Source: Guillardia theta CCMP2712 (taxonomy: Eukaryota; Protista; Cryptophyta). From it: a DNA stretch of 64,000 nucleotides. A model generated the notes under the pieces. The model saw nothing but the letters and a program-made list of their open reading frames with translations. It did no database searches and was not told the origin of the DNA. The DNA lies in assembly GCF_000315625.1 (NCBI RefSeq), contig NW_005434570.1, positions 73,413-137,412 on the forward strand. The letters run 5' to 3'. The position numbers and the translations under genes were made by a program. Shown in pieces: positions 61,207 through 64,000 of this stretch. Position 1 is the stretch's first letter. Each line of letters opens with the position of its first letter.

Positions 61207-63257
61207 TGGCCGCCTCCATGGCGCGAGCATGGCTTGCTTGTGCTGTGATCTTGGTGGAGCTACAGGTAAGAGGAGGAGAGATGATCCGAGATGCGACGAG
61301 CCATCTCACACTCGGATGCGACGATGTCGGAGTGAGCCTGTGCTGCAGTGTGGGGCGTCATTTTGTTCAGTTCCTTTGGAGCACTCCGTCAAGTCCGGGA
61401 AGCCGCAACGAGGGGAGGGGATGAAGCTTCCAGCTCTTCGATCCTGTTTAGCTCCAGCAACGATCCTCCTGGTCCGTCATGGACAGACGGAATGGAATGT
61501 TCAAGGCCGGTATCAGGGGCATATGGACTCTCCCCTGACTGCAAGAGGGAGGTAAGCGAACGCTGGGGCTGCTGCGCTGTTTTGATCCGTTGCTGCAAGA
61601 CAAGAAGCACAGCTCCTCGGAAAGGTGAAGCCATGTCATGCGATGTGATGGGTGTTGAAGAGCTTGCCGAAGCGCTTGAAGGAGTCCAACAAGATGATAG
61701 ACAACGTGTTCAGCTCCGATCTTGAGAGAGCTCGGTGCTGTTGAAGTCTTGTCGCACCCCCGGTGTGCTGATGCTGACGTAGGGATACGGCAAAGATCAT
61801 CTCGGCAGAGATCGGCATTGATACGATCCACACAGATACGAAACTAAGAGAGAGAGGATTCGGTGAACTAGAATCTCCTCCAGAAAGACATTGATTGACC
61901 TGGGCTCCTCTGCAGGGATCTTCGAGGGACTGACGAGGGAGGAAGTGAAGTCAAGATATCCTGAGGAGATGAGCACGTTTGCGAAGATGGATCTTGATTA
62001 CAAGGTAGGGAGAGGAATTTTTGGTGACGAGGGTGTGGACGTCAGTGATGGTGATGGTGATGGTGAATGTGGTGATAGTGATGGTGGTGATGACGATGGT
62101 GATGGTGATGGTGATGGCGGTTGTGTTGGTGGCATATTTACGACGACGTGACGAGGACGATGAGTATGTAACGGATAATCGCAGGTACCAGGAGGGGACT
62201 CAAGACGGGAAGTGCTGGACAGGACGATGCAATGTTTGCAGGATGTAAACTTGTTCGTTTCAATGTCGACAATGATGCATAGGCTCATGAAAGCTCGTGT
62301 GTTTCAACACTGATTGAAACGAGACATCAGATCTATCTTCTTGTTGTGTTCTATGAGATGACACACCATCTTATCCTTGTTGGCTCACACATTTGCTCAA
62401 GGTTGCTCAGAACCATCCTGGCAAGGTCTCGCTGGTGGTGAGTGCCAGAGATTTTTAGCGTGTGAGTGCCAAGGTGTTGAGAAATGTCGTCAGGTTACCC
62501 ATGGAGCGGTGATAAGCTTGCTCATGCGATGGATGCTGGGAATTCCGTTCAGCCCTCAGGTTTCAGTCTCCCATCGACTTGCTCCCATTTCCGCTCGCCC
62601 CTCTTAAACTTGATTTCCCCTGCCCCAGCCTTTTGCTGCTTACCCCAAGTGTACTTGTGCTCATCATCCTAAGATACATTTTATCACCCATGTACCTCTC
62701 CTCTCCTGTCCTCTCCTCTCTACTCTGCTCTCTCCATGTCCTTATTGCTTCATCTCTCCCCATCATTACAGTCATGACGAACTTTGCTTGCAACGTACCT
62801 GACGAGCTTCACTAGTCGCAAGCGCACGCGGACTTCAAGATCAGGAACTCATGTGAGGCGGAGGCTTGCCGCAGCGAGATTCCTTCTCACTTTGGTTCAG
62901 GCCTGTGCGAGTTGAGATATGTTGGGACCAAGTGAGATGAGAGTTGGAGGATGACAGCATGTCCTTGTAGTGTTATCAAGATCATGCCGTTGCTGTCATA
63001 TCAAGACAATGCTGTTCTTGTGATGATTGAGATCATGTTGTTGTGATGATGAAGACCATCATGATCATGATCCTGATCATCATCATCATTGTTGTGTAAC
63101 CAAGATCGTCCTGTTGTTGGTTGATGCAGCTGTTTCTTGACCAGGTGGGAAGTGTTGTCATTCGGAGATGTCGCTCACTGCGAACTCGACCACATCCTGG
63201 TAGACATGTTTTGCTCAAGAACTCTCCTCTCTGACCCGCTCTCAGCAAAGAGTTTGA
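61207..63257 (+). CDS. Histidine phosphatase / phosphoglycerate mutase family protein with signal peptide
   Basis: LVRHGQTEWN..YQGHMDSPLT, FSSDLERA, LRERGF|GIFEG, PGGDS, VTHGAVI. Confidence 0.88.
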
Positions 63258-63399
63258 CTAGAAACAACCCGAGCGAGCGGGTCGGAGGGACGTCTTTTCC
63301 TCCGGAGGCTCGCAGCATGCAATTTTTTTCCATCGCGTTTCCTGTGAATATCAATTTCCTTGTTGCTATACGTGTGACAAACTCGTCTACACTTCTCCA

Positions 63400-63460
63400 C
63401 TCCTCCTCCTCCTCCTCCTCCTCCTCCTCCTCCTCCTCCTCCTCCTCCTCCTCCTCCTCC
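63400..63460. repeat. (TCC)n microsatellite
   Basis: Direct reading. Confidence 0.9.
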
Positions 63461-63506
63461 TTCCCAGCTCCCATCATCACCGCGGGTACAAATTGCTCTC
63501 CATGTT

Positions 63507-63782
63507 GTCATCCCAGAAGCTCAAATCCCCGCTGACCCCGTGCACTCCCGTCGATCGCTTCACTTTCGCCCTCGCGTTCTTGAGCGGTGGCGCTTGTGAG
63601 AAGCCTTGGGATGTGGCGGACAAACCTCGCAAAGTTCGCTCGGGTGTGAAAGTCACCTGGTGAGCAGGAAGTGCGGGACGAAGAGGGGAGGAAGTGAAGG
63701 AGAGAGAGATCGGAGGAGGAGGGGGAAGGAGAGAAGATGAGGAAGAGAGAGGAAGAGGCGAGGAAAACAGGAGGAGATCAGG

Positions 63783-63818
<36 letters not shown>

Positions 63819-64000
63819 CAGTAATGAGCGACAGCTAAGAATAACAAGACTAGACTCATCACCGTGTTGCCGATGGAAACAACATAATCTTCTTTCAGAA
63901 TTTCCGTTCTGCTCCTCATAACCCTGTGCGCCTCCTTCTCAAGATTGCTTGCAAAGATGTCCGCTGCCACGAGGGCAACATATCAGCTCTAAGTGTACTC
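63507..64000 (-). CDS. 3' part of a hypothetical spliced gene entering from the window edge
   Basis: Exon ..AADIFASNLEKEAHRV..SIGNT, a pyrimidine-rich intron, then VTFTPER.. Confidence 0.3.

Noticed and set aside
1-64000. tRNA/rRNA genes, or intact RT/transposase/integrase genes
   Set aside because: None recognisable by eye; tRNAscan-SE, Infernal and a TE-protein HMM search would be needed to exclude them

Overview
Gene-dense eukaryotic nuclear DNA with many short (~45-60 nt) spliceosomal introns, CTGAC branch points and microsatellites. Bipartite signal-peptide leaders and the RWP-RK, PAS and HTH families point to a cryptophyte such as Guillardia theta (inference). Recognisable genes are glycerol kinase, UDP-glucuronate 4-epimerase, a phosducin-like protein, mitochondrial bL27, a Tim17-family protein, a kinesin with a signal peptide and LRGG leader, a TMEM184-like protein, HisRS, PEX10, a PDZ protein, tRNA 2'-phosphotransferase, a TPT-family transporter, a PAS protein and a histidine phosphatase. 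The standout is a ~16 kb tandem array (~15.7-31.95 kb) of five 3.0-3.5 kb units. Each unit carries a convergent pair of two-exon RWP-RK transcription-factor genes, 10 in total, which the ORF track misses because an intron splits the domain. The two genes of a pair share near-identical inverted arms, swap sequence patches, keep a WMDWYLSFP C-terminal motif, and include RWP->QWP and frameshift-truncated variants. A dispersed ~80-bp repeat and indel-rich GC islands mark intergenic regions and array junctions. All exon boundaries were read by eye, and no database searches were run.
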